A DNA stretch of 62,262 bases, filler included, from Sphacelaria rigidula (Eukaryota): assembly GCA_964200075.2 (NCBI GenBank). It is 4 parts of 4 records of this genome, joined end to end, with 100 filler letters (N's around TTAATTAATTAA, not from the genome) between each part and the next. Parts side by side here need not be neighbours in the genome. Positions count along the whole stretch, not along the records: positions 1 to 15,495 come from CAXNAA020001724.1; positions 15,596 to 31,089 come from CAXNAA020001725.1; 2 more parts are not named here. One strand, written 5' to 3'. Below, in pieces: positions 11,030 to 24,200 of the stretch (positions are counted from its first letter, which is position 1; each line of letters opens with the position of its first letter). The position numbers and the translations under genes were made by a program. The notes under the pieces are model-generated. The model did not search any database. It saw only the letters and a list, made by a program, of their open reading frames with translations, and was not told the DNA's origin.

Positions 11030-12420
11030 CGGGGTGACCGGATTTTAGGGTTCAAAATTCCATCAACAGAAATCACCTGCTTGTACTGTTTGAGGGCCCG
11101 TTTTCACGAGACCAGAAATGTGGGGACGCGACGTGATACGTACTGACTATGACTGCAGGCTGATTCAGGCATATCACCCGGAAAACACTCATCGGCAAAA
11201 CCTCACGCCGTTTCAAGTAGTTAGACCCTGAAGTTTTGCACAGATGTTCATGGGGCATTACGCAACATTGGAAGATGGAGGTTTTTCGACTTTTTATTTT
11301 TATTTTTTCAACGTTTTTCGGGAGTTCCAGTTTTTTCCGGGGAACAACGATCCAATCGGACCCCCATGAAACGGTAGAGAAACAAAAACTCGAAAAACTT
11401 CGTCCATCCAAAGTTGTGCAATGGCCCATAGCAAAGTTGTGCAAAATTTCAGGGTCTAACTCCTTGAATCGGCGTGAGGTTTTTCGCTTTGTGCGATGGA
11501 CTTTGACGTGCCGCGGTGAAATCGCAAACTACTTGATTTCAGTATGAAAACGGCGTTTTTGGGCCTTCTTTGACGTGGACATGAAAATTCAAGCATCAGC
11601 TGATCGAGTTTTGCGACAAACGTTTGTGGTACTCTTCCTCGGGTTATGCGGGGACAGGTCGCTCATGAAAATATGAAAAAATATATATCGTCGTGCCGGT
11701 TTCCCCGGGTCCCAGAATGGGGACTACTTCGAAAAAACGACTTGGATCCCCGTCGGACCCCCGAAAAACGGTGAAAAACTCAAGACGTGAAAACCATGAT
11801 CCATAGAAATTTGCGCAAAGATACATAGCATATTTGTGCAAAGTCTCAGGATCTAACTCTCCATAACGGCGTAAAAGTTTGGGCGTTTGTGGAGGACGTC
11901 GGCTTGAAACGTGCAACTCCTAACTACTTGGTTTTAGTATGGACGTCTTTCGAGGCGAACTTTACGTCGAGGCAAGAAAAGCTGTATGAGATTTTCGAGT
12001 TTCTCCACCAAACTTTGTACGTGTGTTACTTGGACGATCCCAGGACGCACCACTCTATTATTTTTCTTCTAGGGCATTCTCTACCGCCTTTCGGGGGTCT
12101 TCATGTTTGGACCCGCGGAAGCCGGTAAAGAACGGAGAAACCATGAAATATTATCAATAACACAATTCTTCTGTTTTGAGCATCCATACCTACGGAACTA
12201 CCAAGTTTGAGGGCGATCTGAGCTTTTCTACAACAGATATAGGGGACACCGTCACGAGGCTCCCTGGGTCTTTCGTGCGTATTAGTGGAAATTAGAAGAC
12301 GCCGACACTTGGCATCACCGAAACATCACGGTTTCGGGTATAATTCGACCCCGTAGTAACCGTTTTCAAACATGCTTTTTTCGTTAGATTCCCGAGCCAA
12401 TTATGGTTACTATGATTTGA
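11030..12420. mobile_element. Non-coding DNA-transposon-like arm with internal inverted and direct repeats
   Basis: 11195-11300 is the reverse complement of 11380-11485; a third, direct copy lies at about 11745-11880; no credible ORF. Confidence 0.55.
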
Positions 12421-12506
12421 AGCATGTGGAGATTGGGTGAAAATTGGGCTTGAAATTCGTCATTTCGATCTCGGAACAATTTGACGGGCGCTGATTGGTC
12501 GATATA

Positions 12507-13348
12507 CCGTGAAAGTGCGAGAGATGGCACCGGTCGGGAAGATGGTACCGGGGTGCGCAAAAAAAAGTGGAAATGGCATGATTTAATTGTATTTTCGCAC
12601 CGGGGTCGGTAACATCACACCGGGGCGCGATCTTACCGACCCGGAACCCAACTTTGAGGGTTCCGCGGGTGGAGCAGGGCCGCTCAAGAGCTGCTGCATG
12701 TACACACATGAGTACTTTTCACGTGTGTAGTGTTGTCAAAATGTTGTCGGGGCAACACTGCTTTGCGTATGGTCACGGTCCAAGCAGGATGATGTCTGTT
12801 ATTTTCGTTTAATCCGCATGGAGAATCGCTCATTCCGTCCGAGCAAAGTACGGTACACACCCAAATGAAGCAGCCAACATTGCTTTACCTTCACGCCATA
12901 TCCAGACTAGCACTGAACACCTACCGGTATACAGCAGATGGCCTTTGTGCTATGGTGATCTACGGCAAGCTAGTGCGAGCTACTACGTTCCAGACCCCTT
13001 TCCCGTGATCCCTTCGAGCCAGCAACAAAGGTACCTAGATACCAATGATGCGCCCACCGCACAAACCAAAGTACGCTGCTCTCTACGGATGATCTTCTGT
13101 ATTCTCAACTAGCGATCTTTCACAACTCAATGCCTCCTTCGTCCCCATCCCCCAACACGCCCAAGTATGTAGGCCACGGTTTGCATTTGTTTGGGCATCG
13201 CACCGGTCGGAGAGATGGCACCGGAGTGCGTTGAATAATCCAGAAATAATCATTTAATTGTATTTTGGCACCGGGGTGCGAAAAAAAATCCGAGAAAAAA
13301 CATTTAAAAAATCGATCGCACCCGGTGCCATCTCTCGCACTTTTACGG
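12507..13348. mobile_element. Tc1/mariner-superfamily (pogo-like) non-autonomous element with TA duplication
   Basis: TA-CCGTGAAAGTGCGAGAGATGGCACCGG ... CCGGTGCCATCTCTCGCACTTTTACGG-TA (27-bp TIR, 1 mismatch) with repeated subterminal GCACCGG motifs. Confidence 0.88.
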
Positions 13349-13439
13349 TACCTTCTCGCCCTTAGCGCAACCACTATGACCTTACACTCAAATCCGGCTC
13401 TGTCAGGCTCTTCACCTGCCCATGGCGGTCAGCATGATA

Positions 13440-14240
13440 TCATGAATGCGACTATTGGGTAGGTAGTGCGAAAGGCATTTGCTGATGACACAATTTTGGG
13501 TGATGAGCGTGAACCAGCCTGTATCGGGAGTTTTTTTTTGTGATTCCGGTTGGTTTTGAGTTGATGGCAGATTCTCATCTTCTCCTAAATCACTATCAAG
13601 AACATTCATTATTAACCCTTTTGGGACCGGACCTCCAGAACGGCCAATGAAGCTGGTCAGGAATGACGTGTCTGGCGTTTGCACGAAACAGTGGCGTCTT
13701 GCTGAAAATCCGCGTATGTAAGCGCACGGTTATTGCGAAGACCGAAAGTTCCTATCTATTTTCAGGTGCAGGGTGCGCATTAGGTGGTGTACATCCAATG
13801 TAGCAAGCAGTATGGGTTGTGGTAAAGAGCTTCCAACAGGATGAGGAGACCGGCGGGCCGNNNNNNNNNNGGCTTTGGATGATACTTTTGTCCCCATCAC
13901 CTCGCCACACAGCCCTTTATGGTCGGGGTGGGCCGCCATTTCCCCCCTTGTTGCATGCGGCAAATTCTCTTCGAACGGCATTAGCGTGGCGGCGCGCATG
14001 CATACAACAGCATAGAACAGTACAGTGCAGTCTAGTACGCCTCTCCAACTGAAGCAGTAGCTGCCGCTGCATACTCCCTTGCACGTTCTGGGCAATATTC
14101 TCAGCTACCGAAATCAGCTGCCTATATACAGCTTTGTCATCCCCGTCCACAACATACATGTGGACTGCACACTGCAAGTCATCCGCAAAGGGACACGCAG
14201 AAGTCAATGGCGGTAGCTCCTGTTGTCTTTCCACAGCCCA
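13440..14240 (-). pseudogene. Possible degenerate KDZ-type transposase fragment
   Basis: A frameshifted reading gives ...GLLILL...RNNRALHTRIFSKTPLFRANARHVIPDQLHWPFWRSGPKG...INS, resembling by eye the KDZ YDNxCxL...RxP...DxxHW...NS series. Contains stops, frameshifts and a 10-N gap. Confidence 0.4.
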
Positions 14241-15495
14241 CCTGGATTTTGTGCCTCATGAAAATAACCTCACGGTGGCATGTACACTACTTCCCGGTTA
14301 TTTCCGGTCCACCCTGTGTAAGTGTAAATTACTACGTTTCAGTATAGAAGAAAGTACCGTATTAGGCCCACCTCAAGCCACCCCTGACGCCAGTGGCTGG
14401 TTTGTCGGTAGTGTTTCGACTTAAACCGACATTTTGGTATCCAATGATAACTTGGACTCCTCTCCAACACTCCAAAAAAGAAAAGAAAAAAAGAGTGATA
14501 CGGAGAGGCGGTAGCGGCTCTGCGGTTCATGGTTCCTCCGCACAGAAAAGTCTGAAAGAACGACTGCTGTCCTATTAAGCACATTTTTGCGTATTATGCG
14601 ATTACCTGCGTTCTGGCACGTATCAAAACCCAATACTTGGTGTGCACATAATGTGTGTACTTGACACCACTACCGAAAAAAAAAGCACACTCATGCCCAT
14701 ATCCGGGGACAAAAAACACACATCCCCGGGGTTCAGGACCGTTGAGTTCGGGGCAATTTTCGTGAATTTTTACTTCATGCGTGCCCCGTGCACGGCAGGC
14801 GACGCAAAATCAACAGTTTGATGCATTGATTGACTACTGTGTGGACATGTGAAGGCTCCCGAAAGAAAATCATGGGTTTTGGTGCCAGCTTGCTCACTTT
14901 ATGGGGGTTCAAACATGGGCACACGCTCCTGATTTCGCCTGCGCCACACGTGGAAGCAATATAAAAATATCTTGTCGGGTCAAAACTGCTGTAGGACCGA
15001 CTGCTGTACCCTTTTTACAACCGCTCTTCAGGTGACGAGTGCTGTACAGCGCTAAAACAGCCTTCTCAGCCGCGTAGGTATCATGTGCTTGCTCCTGTCA
15101 GTGCATCGGGCCGCCTGGGCCACGCTCAAGTCTACATGTGTCACATTTTGCCTCGTCCTTATTAGCAGCACGATCGAGACCAAACCAACATCAGCCTGCA
15201 CGGCAAGACCCAGTGATTGTGACTGCCGTAGCTCGTGAGTGACGAGGTCGATCGGCACGCTGAAGAGCGCAAACGAAAGCTGGAGATGTAGTCTCACCGT
15301 TGCGAACGAAAAAAAGAGGAGCTCCATGTAGTGAGCGTCATTTTGTAAACGTTTTTCCCGAAGTGTGCGTAATATGGCACTGGGCCTAATAAGGCACTTT
15401 CCTTTAGAATTGGGACCCAAAAAACACTCCGGAAAAACTCGGGAACGGTATACTGACTGCAAGTAATGCCATAAAACCAAGCCGCGACCACCCTG

Positions 15496-15595
15496 NNNNN
15501 NNNNNNNNNNNNNNNNNNNNNNNNNNNNNNNNNNNNNNNTTAATTAATTAANNNNNNNNNNNNNNNNNNNNNNNNNNNNNNNNNNNNNNNNNNNN
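15496..15595. other. Artificial assembly spacer (N44-TTAATTAATTAA-N44)
   Basis: 100-bp N run with a palindromic six-frame-stop linker, identical to the other two spacers. Confidence 0.97.
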
Positions 15596-17163
15596 AAAAA
15601 TATGTTGATAGTTGATAGTTGCTGCGGCATGAACAACATGATATTAGCTGGGTGTTGAAGTGTAATCCTGTCATGAGAGTGTGCATTGCGTAATGACAAC
15701 CGTTCACACCCGCCGCAGCCCATGCGCAGGAACACAGTGCATCCGGGTAGATAACGACATTTGGATGCTCGGAGTACTCTACACGGCCCGTATACCCGCA
15801 AGTAGGAAAACTTGTGAAATCACACCATCATCGTACTACAAGTGCCGTTGTCTGCTGGCTGCTGTGCGGACTGTACACTATACACAGCGGGCAACAGACG
15901 ACAGCAGTACAGAAGTACTACTGTACAGGGCCTATAGTACTCTGAACAGTTGACAAGTGATGCAATACAGGACCACTCCCGCTACTCGTGCTGCCACGTG
16001 GATAGCCTGCACAGTACACAGACACAGTGTGCAGAGAGCGTGGTGCCTTGTATAACAGCAGTGCAACAACAGTATGTATGGCGGTACTCCCGATGGCAAG
16101 CAGTTGATGCATACTGTATAGAGTCCGTGTCGTCAGAGCATCCATACAATCAAGCATGCGCGGTGCTTGGCTGACCAAGAACACAAGACGATTGTTTGCT
16201 CGTCATTATCAAGCAGAGAGTTTATCGCCGCAGGCGTGCGGTCCTCTGCCCTACCACAAGATGCTTTCTTTACTGCCCTGCTGTGGATTGCTGTGAAGTG
16301 CACCTGGCCATTGTTTCGTGTGTGCAGCATTTCGACTTGAGTTTGGGTTTATCGTGGGTTGGTTGTGGACACTCATGCAAACAGCATATAATATGAGAAA
16401 TTTCTCGTGCGTGTTATATGACGTGAAAATTTTCCTCCATCTACAGGCAGTCAGTCATGGCTCATATATCAAAGCCGTGTCCACGGTGTCCACGATGTGT
16501 TTCATCAGAAAAATTGACGTCACTGTCTCCACTTTCGATTTTTTCGTGCCTGAATCCTGCCACGAAACATTCGCCGACAAACGGGCAAGATCACCCCTGC
16601 GACACAACAGGCACGGAGGAAGCTATCGGTGTTGATGCGTGGTGTTGGCCGAAGTGCGCTCTCGCACGCAAGATCAACACATCGCCGGCCGTAATGTTAT
16701 CAAGGTTGTACTAAGTCCAATTCACGTCGGAGAACACGTGCTCAAAACTGTAATGTAACGAAGAAAAGCATCGTACATCAACACATATCGGCTGATATCC
16801 CATCCGAACGACGAAAGCACGCTAGACCATAAACATCAGAGTAAGACCATGCTGCGCGCCGCTCACCCCGACTAATGGTACGCAGCCGATCGTCTCTGCC
16901 CATAATCCCATCCCAACCCCCGTCAATGATCTCCTCCTCCTTCCGCTCCGGGCCGTCAGTAGTGTACGCTCCTTTTCCGGTAATCGTCAGTCATCTCCAC
17001 TTTGGGCCGCTGCTGTTGCGGGCATCCGCCTCTTTTCTTTGTTCTTGGGTTTGATGGTGGTATCCTCGCCTCGAAGCTTCCGCTGCAATAGAGCAACACC
17101 CCCCCCCCACATCGGCAGACTACAAGTTGCTGCTGTCTGCTGTGCGATATTTGTATGTACACT

Positions 17164-17252
17164 GTGCGTGTGTTTGTTGTCGTCCCATATATTCTGGACG
17201 CCGGTCTAGACCTTTTGGTATATGTGGGCGCATCAGCCAGGGTCATTCACAC
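17164..17252 (+). repeat. Interspersed repeat, partial copy of 10670-10860
   Basis: Direct sequence similarity to the first 100 bp of the 10670 copy. Confidence 0.7.
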
Positions 17253-18243
17253 AGTAGGTCCGTGTTCAGGTTCCAAAACTAAAAAACACTGCAGAACTGC
17301 CGTGTTGTCTTGTATTTAGGGTGGTAGTCTGTAGTACATATACCACTGCAGAGTTGTCTTGTTTTCAGTGTAGTATCCTGTACTCCATATAATGGGGTCA
17401 TCTTTTGAGCAATTTTTGGAAAAGTTCTGCTTGTTTTTTCAAAAGTTCTCTTTTTTTGTGAAGTATTCGGTTTTTTCTATAAGTATTCCGAAAAAAACGA
17501 GAGTATTTTCTGTCACAGAAATCTAATGCCGAATCTGGAATAGCCTGAGACAACAACCAATTGGGAAATTGGAAAATCGGAAAATTGGAATTCAGGACTT
17601 AGCCATGAGAGAGCTTGCCCTACACATGAAAGGCCTTGATTAATTACGGCTTAATTTTTCTGCATTTCAGCTGCTAAAGAGCACGTGTGTTTCCGCGTAC
17701 GCGTAGAAAGACACCAAAATACCACGGAGGTGCACAATGCAGCTTTAAGATATGTATACACAGCCGCGAAACGAGGGTCATGCTCTGGGAAACATTGTGG
17801 ACGCGACCAGTCCCTGGGGGGGTGCACCATCTGGACTTTGACAATGGCAATTCATCTGTGGATTAGGTTGGGCCAGAGGGTAGGGCCAAACTCAGCCTCT
17901 AATGAGCGGAGGACTCGTGAGTATAGATATATAGGGACAGTCTGCCCGGAATAACACAGGCGAACAGTAAAAAATATTTCATGCGTACTCGGAATATCTG
18001 CCTGAGCTCAAACGATTTCAACTTTGTTGTGAAAAGTTTTACACAGCTAAAGGGACCATCACACATCGATATTCCCGGGATGTGAAATGGCACCACCGCA
18101 CCCGTCAACACCCGAAATTCTCAGCTAGGTTGTGAACTCTATACCCAAAGAATAAAAACACATATGCATGCTGGCCCCCCAGATGCCAACGGGCAATGGA
18201 ACCACTCAGGTACACCTTTGGTGTACTATATACATGTAAAACC

Positions 18244-21200
18244 TCAAGCATCTGCACCATGGGCAGAACTTCGCCATGACCCGTCGCACTCGTCCTTTCC
18301 ATTCCCTGTTTTTCTCACTTGGCGCGGAGAATGCGTAGAGCATGATTCTTGCCCACCTCGTTGAAGAGCATGTACTGTTTCGCGAGCGGACATAACATGA
18401 AATTGGGACATGGTAAGCTGGCGGGAGTAGCTCGATTTGGTACACATCAGGACTACTCATCATACCAAATCGCAGCTGCTACCTTGTGCAAGCAGCATTT
18501 AAAACGTTTCTCCCACCTGCGGCAAATGAGTAGATGCGCATGATGCCAATACAGTAGACTGTAAAAAGCGAAAGCTTGGAAAAAATAAAGGGGTGCGCAA
18601 ATTCAATCGGATTGAAATGGATACAAAAATAGCACAGCAACGAACCATGTCAGGCACTTGGATTAATTATAATTAGTACCCAGCTGATAACCCAACACTT
18701 GCTGACACACCGAACCTTCAACAAATCTTCTCAAGTTCCATGAGGTACAAGAGTACAGTGCTGCACACCCTGGACAATATGTGGTCAATAGATGCAATAG
18801 GTCTATACTCATTCCGGTACATTTTTGGTCTATTGAATATATTTACCATATTCTGTCCATGGCGTGCCGTGCAGCAACATCCTTGACAAAATCATACTCT
18901 CATAAATCCACACAGACAACTGCACGCATACAGCAACAAAAGTGCTTTCGCTGCGTCATGACAACTTCAGAATCGCACCTGGTTTTCCCTGCTGACAAAT
19001 AGATCCCTCTCGATCATCTCGAAGTGTTTGGAGCTACTTGTGTGCACGTTAGTTTCATGGACTTCGCCTGTGGATCGCCTACCGGCGGGGGAACCAATAT
19101 ATTCTCCACGCGAAGGTCTGAGCTCCTCTAGAGACTTTGATCCCGTCGCGCCGTCCTTCGGCAACCGAGACAAAGCCATGCGTTCGAAGAGTGCGGAAAT
19201 GCTTTGTGTGCATACGACAATACAAGGTCGAGAACGTTTCCTTCAAGACTAAGGGTGAAATTCCCTGTCTCTGCTGCTTCCGAAACTGGCTGGCAAAATA
19301 AGGATAAAAGTGAAGACACTATTCGCAATGGTGCACATGTGCCAGCAACAAAGAGCACGCAGAGCTTATTACACTACGTGACAGGTCGCAACATACCTTC
19401 TCGAAAAACGAACAGTAGAGATCCATGCTTTCAATCGTCGTCAACGGACTGCTCATCGCTTCTAACGCCTCCTTTCTCAGGATTTCCTCCAACCGGGCTT
19501 TCTCTTGCTCTTCCTGCCTCAGCATGAAGCAAGCAAATTATCAGGTGACGTTGCGGCACGCCACGTCAAAACGTTGAACACGAGACGGACTTCGTTCCGA
19601 ATTCCAAAGCTTTCACGACAAATCGAGAGTATTTACGGCGTGCCGTGTTTGTTGCATTCACCATGTGATGATACGTACACACCCTGGACAAAGGATTGCA
19701 TTGTCAAAAAGTGTACTGCGTACAGTATGGAATTTATCGTCTATTCGAATGGACGCAATACTCGACACTGTGCGCAGCAGACTTTTTGACAATGTAATCT
19801 ATTGTCAATCGTCCAGTGTGCGAAGTACTGTTTCACTTCAGCAGGGTAGACGGGATTAAACTGCATGAAGACGGCCATACAGTTTTTCTCATTTCAGAAG
19901 AAATAAAATGCTCGGAGCGTCAACCCATTGGCAAAAATGCGCGACGAAAGAATGTTGAGCCAAGGATCATGACTTGTCAAGGCCCAGCATTTTGTCAATC
20001 GCGCTCGCGCCGGTACTTGATCTCCTGCCAAATTTGTCATCGCCATTCAGAGAAAAGCCAAAAATGAAGTATAAGCAGAGCAAGTCGAGGTTCCATCTTC
20101 ACTTCGATGGGTCCTCGACCCATAATATGTATCAATACTCGAGAGACTCATGACGTATGGGGCATAGTAGCCTGCTCGCAAGTGTCCAGCATGCTGAGTC
20201 ACGCAGTGCCTTACGTGGTCTAGTTGATCCACGATCTGGTTGACCACGCCGTCCACGTTAATGCCTGCGTCTTGCATCAAGTGGCGGATGAGCTGCCACT
20301 CCTCTTCCAAGTTCAGGTCGCGTTGAGCTGCCCATCCTAGCTGCTGGACGTGCAGAACCACAGCTGACGCGACTCTCCTGGCCGAGATTTCCTGCGGACA
20401 GTATTTTCTTTGGGTGCTCATCAACAGTACGCAGATTCGAAGGATTTTCGTCTTTGATGTAGACGGCTACATTCACGTCTGAGAACCACGTTGTAAGGGA
20501 TTCGAACGATTTCGAGCAATGAATGGTGCGGGAGGCATCGTGACTACAAGAAGCGCCAAGTGTCAAAGTCAACAGCAACATGAACAACGTGATGACGTCC
20601 CAAAAAACTATGCAGAAATCAGTCGAGTAACTTCCTGGCCGGCTGCAACATTCATACTCACACTAGGGTGCTGCGGATTATCGTGGCAACAGCATTTGTC
20701 GCTATATTAGGCAACAAAGGTGTTTCACGTTCAAGCAAGAGAAAGTGGATCGACGCTACTGAAAAATACTGAAACGAGCGACCCGGCTAGATCTTCTTTC
20801 AGCGTTGAGCGTTGAGTGTGGAGCGTGGAGATAGTGCAGGTATCACACACATGCGGGGCTGCCAAACTCCAACATATCAGACTTCATCGATCACCTTTCG
20901 TAGCCCCTCGTATGGTGTACATGCGATGGTTGCACCACAGTGGTGCTCTTCCGCCAACTTCTGGACAGACAAGGCCCCCGCTGCCGTGTCTGTTGCAATA
21001 TTGAAGTCTGCCAGGTACGAAGAGGGCTCCGCTTTACTCGCCTGGATCAAACACGCGACGAATAAAGGGTGTAAAATTATCATGCGGTAACAAGGGTGCA
21101 AAATTATCATGCGGTGACACTTACCGAACACAGTGGTGGGACGGAGATGGCGTGATCCCTTGTGACCACGGACTCGTCCCGAGGAAGGGGAGACTATACG

Positions 21201-24200
21201 TCGTGAAACAGTCAAGGATTTGATTGCCGAGCGTCGAAGACGACCCTCCCTCTGCTCATGACCACTCACCCCACCAGTGGTACCGAAAGCATGAAACTAC
21301 GATCAAACACCAAGAAATACACCGGGTGGGCTGCGCAGCAATAACGGCAAATCGACCGCGCCGTAGCCTTTGATGTTTGATGAAAATCAAGATATTTACG
21401 GCATCAACTTGCTCACCTCACTGGCTGAGTCAACCAGAAGGAGTAGGTCATTTGCGAATGATGTATATGATGTGAGGTCTGTCTCGATGCGTTCTTCGGG
21501 AGTCGTTGATCCAATGTATGCCTGCCGAGAGAGAGTAGCACACTGTGAGTTAGCTTCATGTTGATTCGAGGGATACATCAAGGTACGGCGAACGCTGCAC
21601 CGTGACATGTTCTTCGCTCGTAACATGAAAATGAGCCCATCGGCAACATGAGCTTGTTGCCGCACGCTACTACTATGACATCATGTACATCATGTATTTC
21701 TTGCGGCGAAAATGAAAGGTACCAACCCATCGAGACCGTAGAGTTGTGGCCTTGGAGCACGTGCGCAAAAACTTCTCACCACGTCTCCAGCGGCCCATAT
21801 GTGATCTTGCCGTGCATCCGGCTGTTGGGATGCGTGGTTGAACGTGGCTGGTCGTCTGGTGGCCCGACTGGCCTCCGCTTGAGGTCTGCCCAACATGCTT
21901 CGCGCCTTGTGCGATATCTCTTGCACGTAGCGAACGACTGTTACACCCTTTTCTCGTCCAGACCCGTCAGTCTTGCAATTCATGCACAGGATACCAAGGA
22001 ACACACATAGCCATCAAGAACAATCCGCGGTGCGTAAGACGTATCACCGATAAATTTGATCAAATTTCCATACGGTGGGGTGGGTAACGTAAAGGGATGA
22101 GCAGCTGGGTGGTTAGCTAAGCATGTCTGCTTCTCGGCGCACCAGATCTGAAAGCAGATTGGCAAAAGACGTGTGCACGACCCTGGGGTCTGGCAATTTG
22201 ACAAGAAGGACCCCACCTACTGCAATGTTCGCGGACTTCATCAAATAACCCCGACGTGTACAACCTTCCGTCATCACTGGCCGCGGCGTATTTCGAGTAA
22301 ACTCACCCCCGCACTTTTTTGGACGGCTCGGGAACTCCGCCTTTCACCGACCGATGGCTTCCCTGCAAACAGTAACGATGGTGTGAGGCAAACCACATAT
22401 TACAAACCTAACCCTTGCACACGAAATCGGCATCCATGGGTATTCCATATTCCCTCGTCGTTCATACCGCCGCGCCCCGATGGTCTAATGGGATCTAATG
22501 GGCTCTAATCGTACAACTTGCACCACTGGGTAGGAAAACGCGGTTCGATTCCTGGCATGTGCATTCGATTTATTTATTTTTGAAAAAGTATCTGATTTCA
22601 GTGTTTGAAAACGCGATCCGATCCGCGACAGATAATTGCAGCGCGTGCACCGGGAGGGAGATGGTTCGACCCCTTGAGAACACAGACTCGTATCGAGGAA
22701 GCGAAGGAGTAAAAAGTGTGGCGAAAAAAAATCGATACGAATGCCTCACTATGATCAAAACATACCTGCCCGCGAAGGTTTGGCATTATGCACGGCTGCC
22801 TCCTTTCGTGGAAGTACCGGCTTGGCGAACTCGTGGTCGAACCAGTCGTCGAAAACTGTAAGACGATGTGGCTAGCACAAAACGTGGATACATCGGAGAG
22901 ATACATCGGAGAGATACATCGAAGAGATCAGGATTGTATTTCATGTACACCTAGACTTTGAGGACATGGCGCAAACTTACTCATCCCGATATATGGGAAC
23001 TCCCTGTAGTGCAAGCGCATTTGAAAAACTAGCAATACCTCGTGAATACGGACAAAGCGCTCCGGAAGTTGTCCTTGTTTGGGAGGGCCCAGGTGCATCC
23101 ACATTCGTCGCTGGGCATACCGTTGCAGAGAATCTCGCCACCACTGACTTGTAGCAGCCAGTTGACGTTCGCTCATTCGGCGTACTCGCCGCCTTTTCAG
23201 CTGTATCTCTGCAATGCGGTCCTCATCGATCATGCCGCTGAGGGTTGTTGCCGCCGAAGATGAACCACCTCCTGTCTCATCACTCTCAGCGGGTTCCTGG
23301 AACACAACGAAATTAAATGCCACGTCGTTTACTCTACATTTAGGCGTGGCAACATAAAGTAGTAGTACAGACAAAGCCAGATGAGCTGTTGCACGATAAT
23401 ACCATTGCATATCAACGAATACCACCAGGTGGCCACGGTGAATTTCTTACGGGCTGGTCATGAACGGACGGGGCGTAAGTATGCACACGATGACACATGA
23501 CACATGACACATGACATAGTACGTGACACAGGAACGAATGCCACCACTAGAGATGAAGCGGCGCGATGTTGAAGAAAAAATGCCAACGCACTTTCCAAAC
23601 GCAAGTGTGCCTTGCACACCACATACTCAACCTTCACATTGTCCATCAATTTGACTCACCTCGTCTTGGTCAAGGAAGTACTGGTTTTTCTTGTATTCTC
23701 TCATGCTCTGTAGCCCGGAATTTTCCACATGAGTGTTGTGCAAGAAGTAGTCGGTATCAAGGTCCCACAGCTGTGTCCCGTTGCTGGTTGGCACGAAGTA
23801 GCCCAGGAAGATGTTCATGGCATCTTGTTTAGCACGGTCCGTGAAGGCGTTACTGTAATACCGCTTGATCGAGATCAGAAACTCGCGTTGTTTGTTCATA
23901 GACCCAACCTGCAGTCGCGGGTTCAGCAAATAACCCCAACAGTTGCACATATCTGTACTTGAGGCTATTTGTGCAGAATGTTATTTGTCTCGGAGACCAC
24001 CCACGCACAAGGAAGACAGTATGGAAACCCTGCTGCGCAAAGGGTGCTAGACAATCGTGGTGGCGAGCCATACCCAGTATTATTCACCTACGAAGTTGAT
24101 TAGCACTCCAGGATGTGTCGCGCCACACACGCTTGAGGTACAGTACATACAGTGCGTACTTTCTCACGGGTGAACGACGGGAAACTGATACCTATCCCGG

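Noticed and set aside
15540-15551. TTAATTAATTAA palindrome as a biological site
   Set aside because: Artificial linker embedded in N runs, repeated three times.
21065-21118. 27-bp direct repeat; also 13-bp x3 near 22888 and 12-bp x3 near 31923, considered as CRISPR-like
   Set aside because: Adjacent tandem duplications with no spacers, in eukaryotic non-coding DNA.
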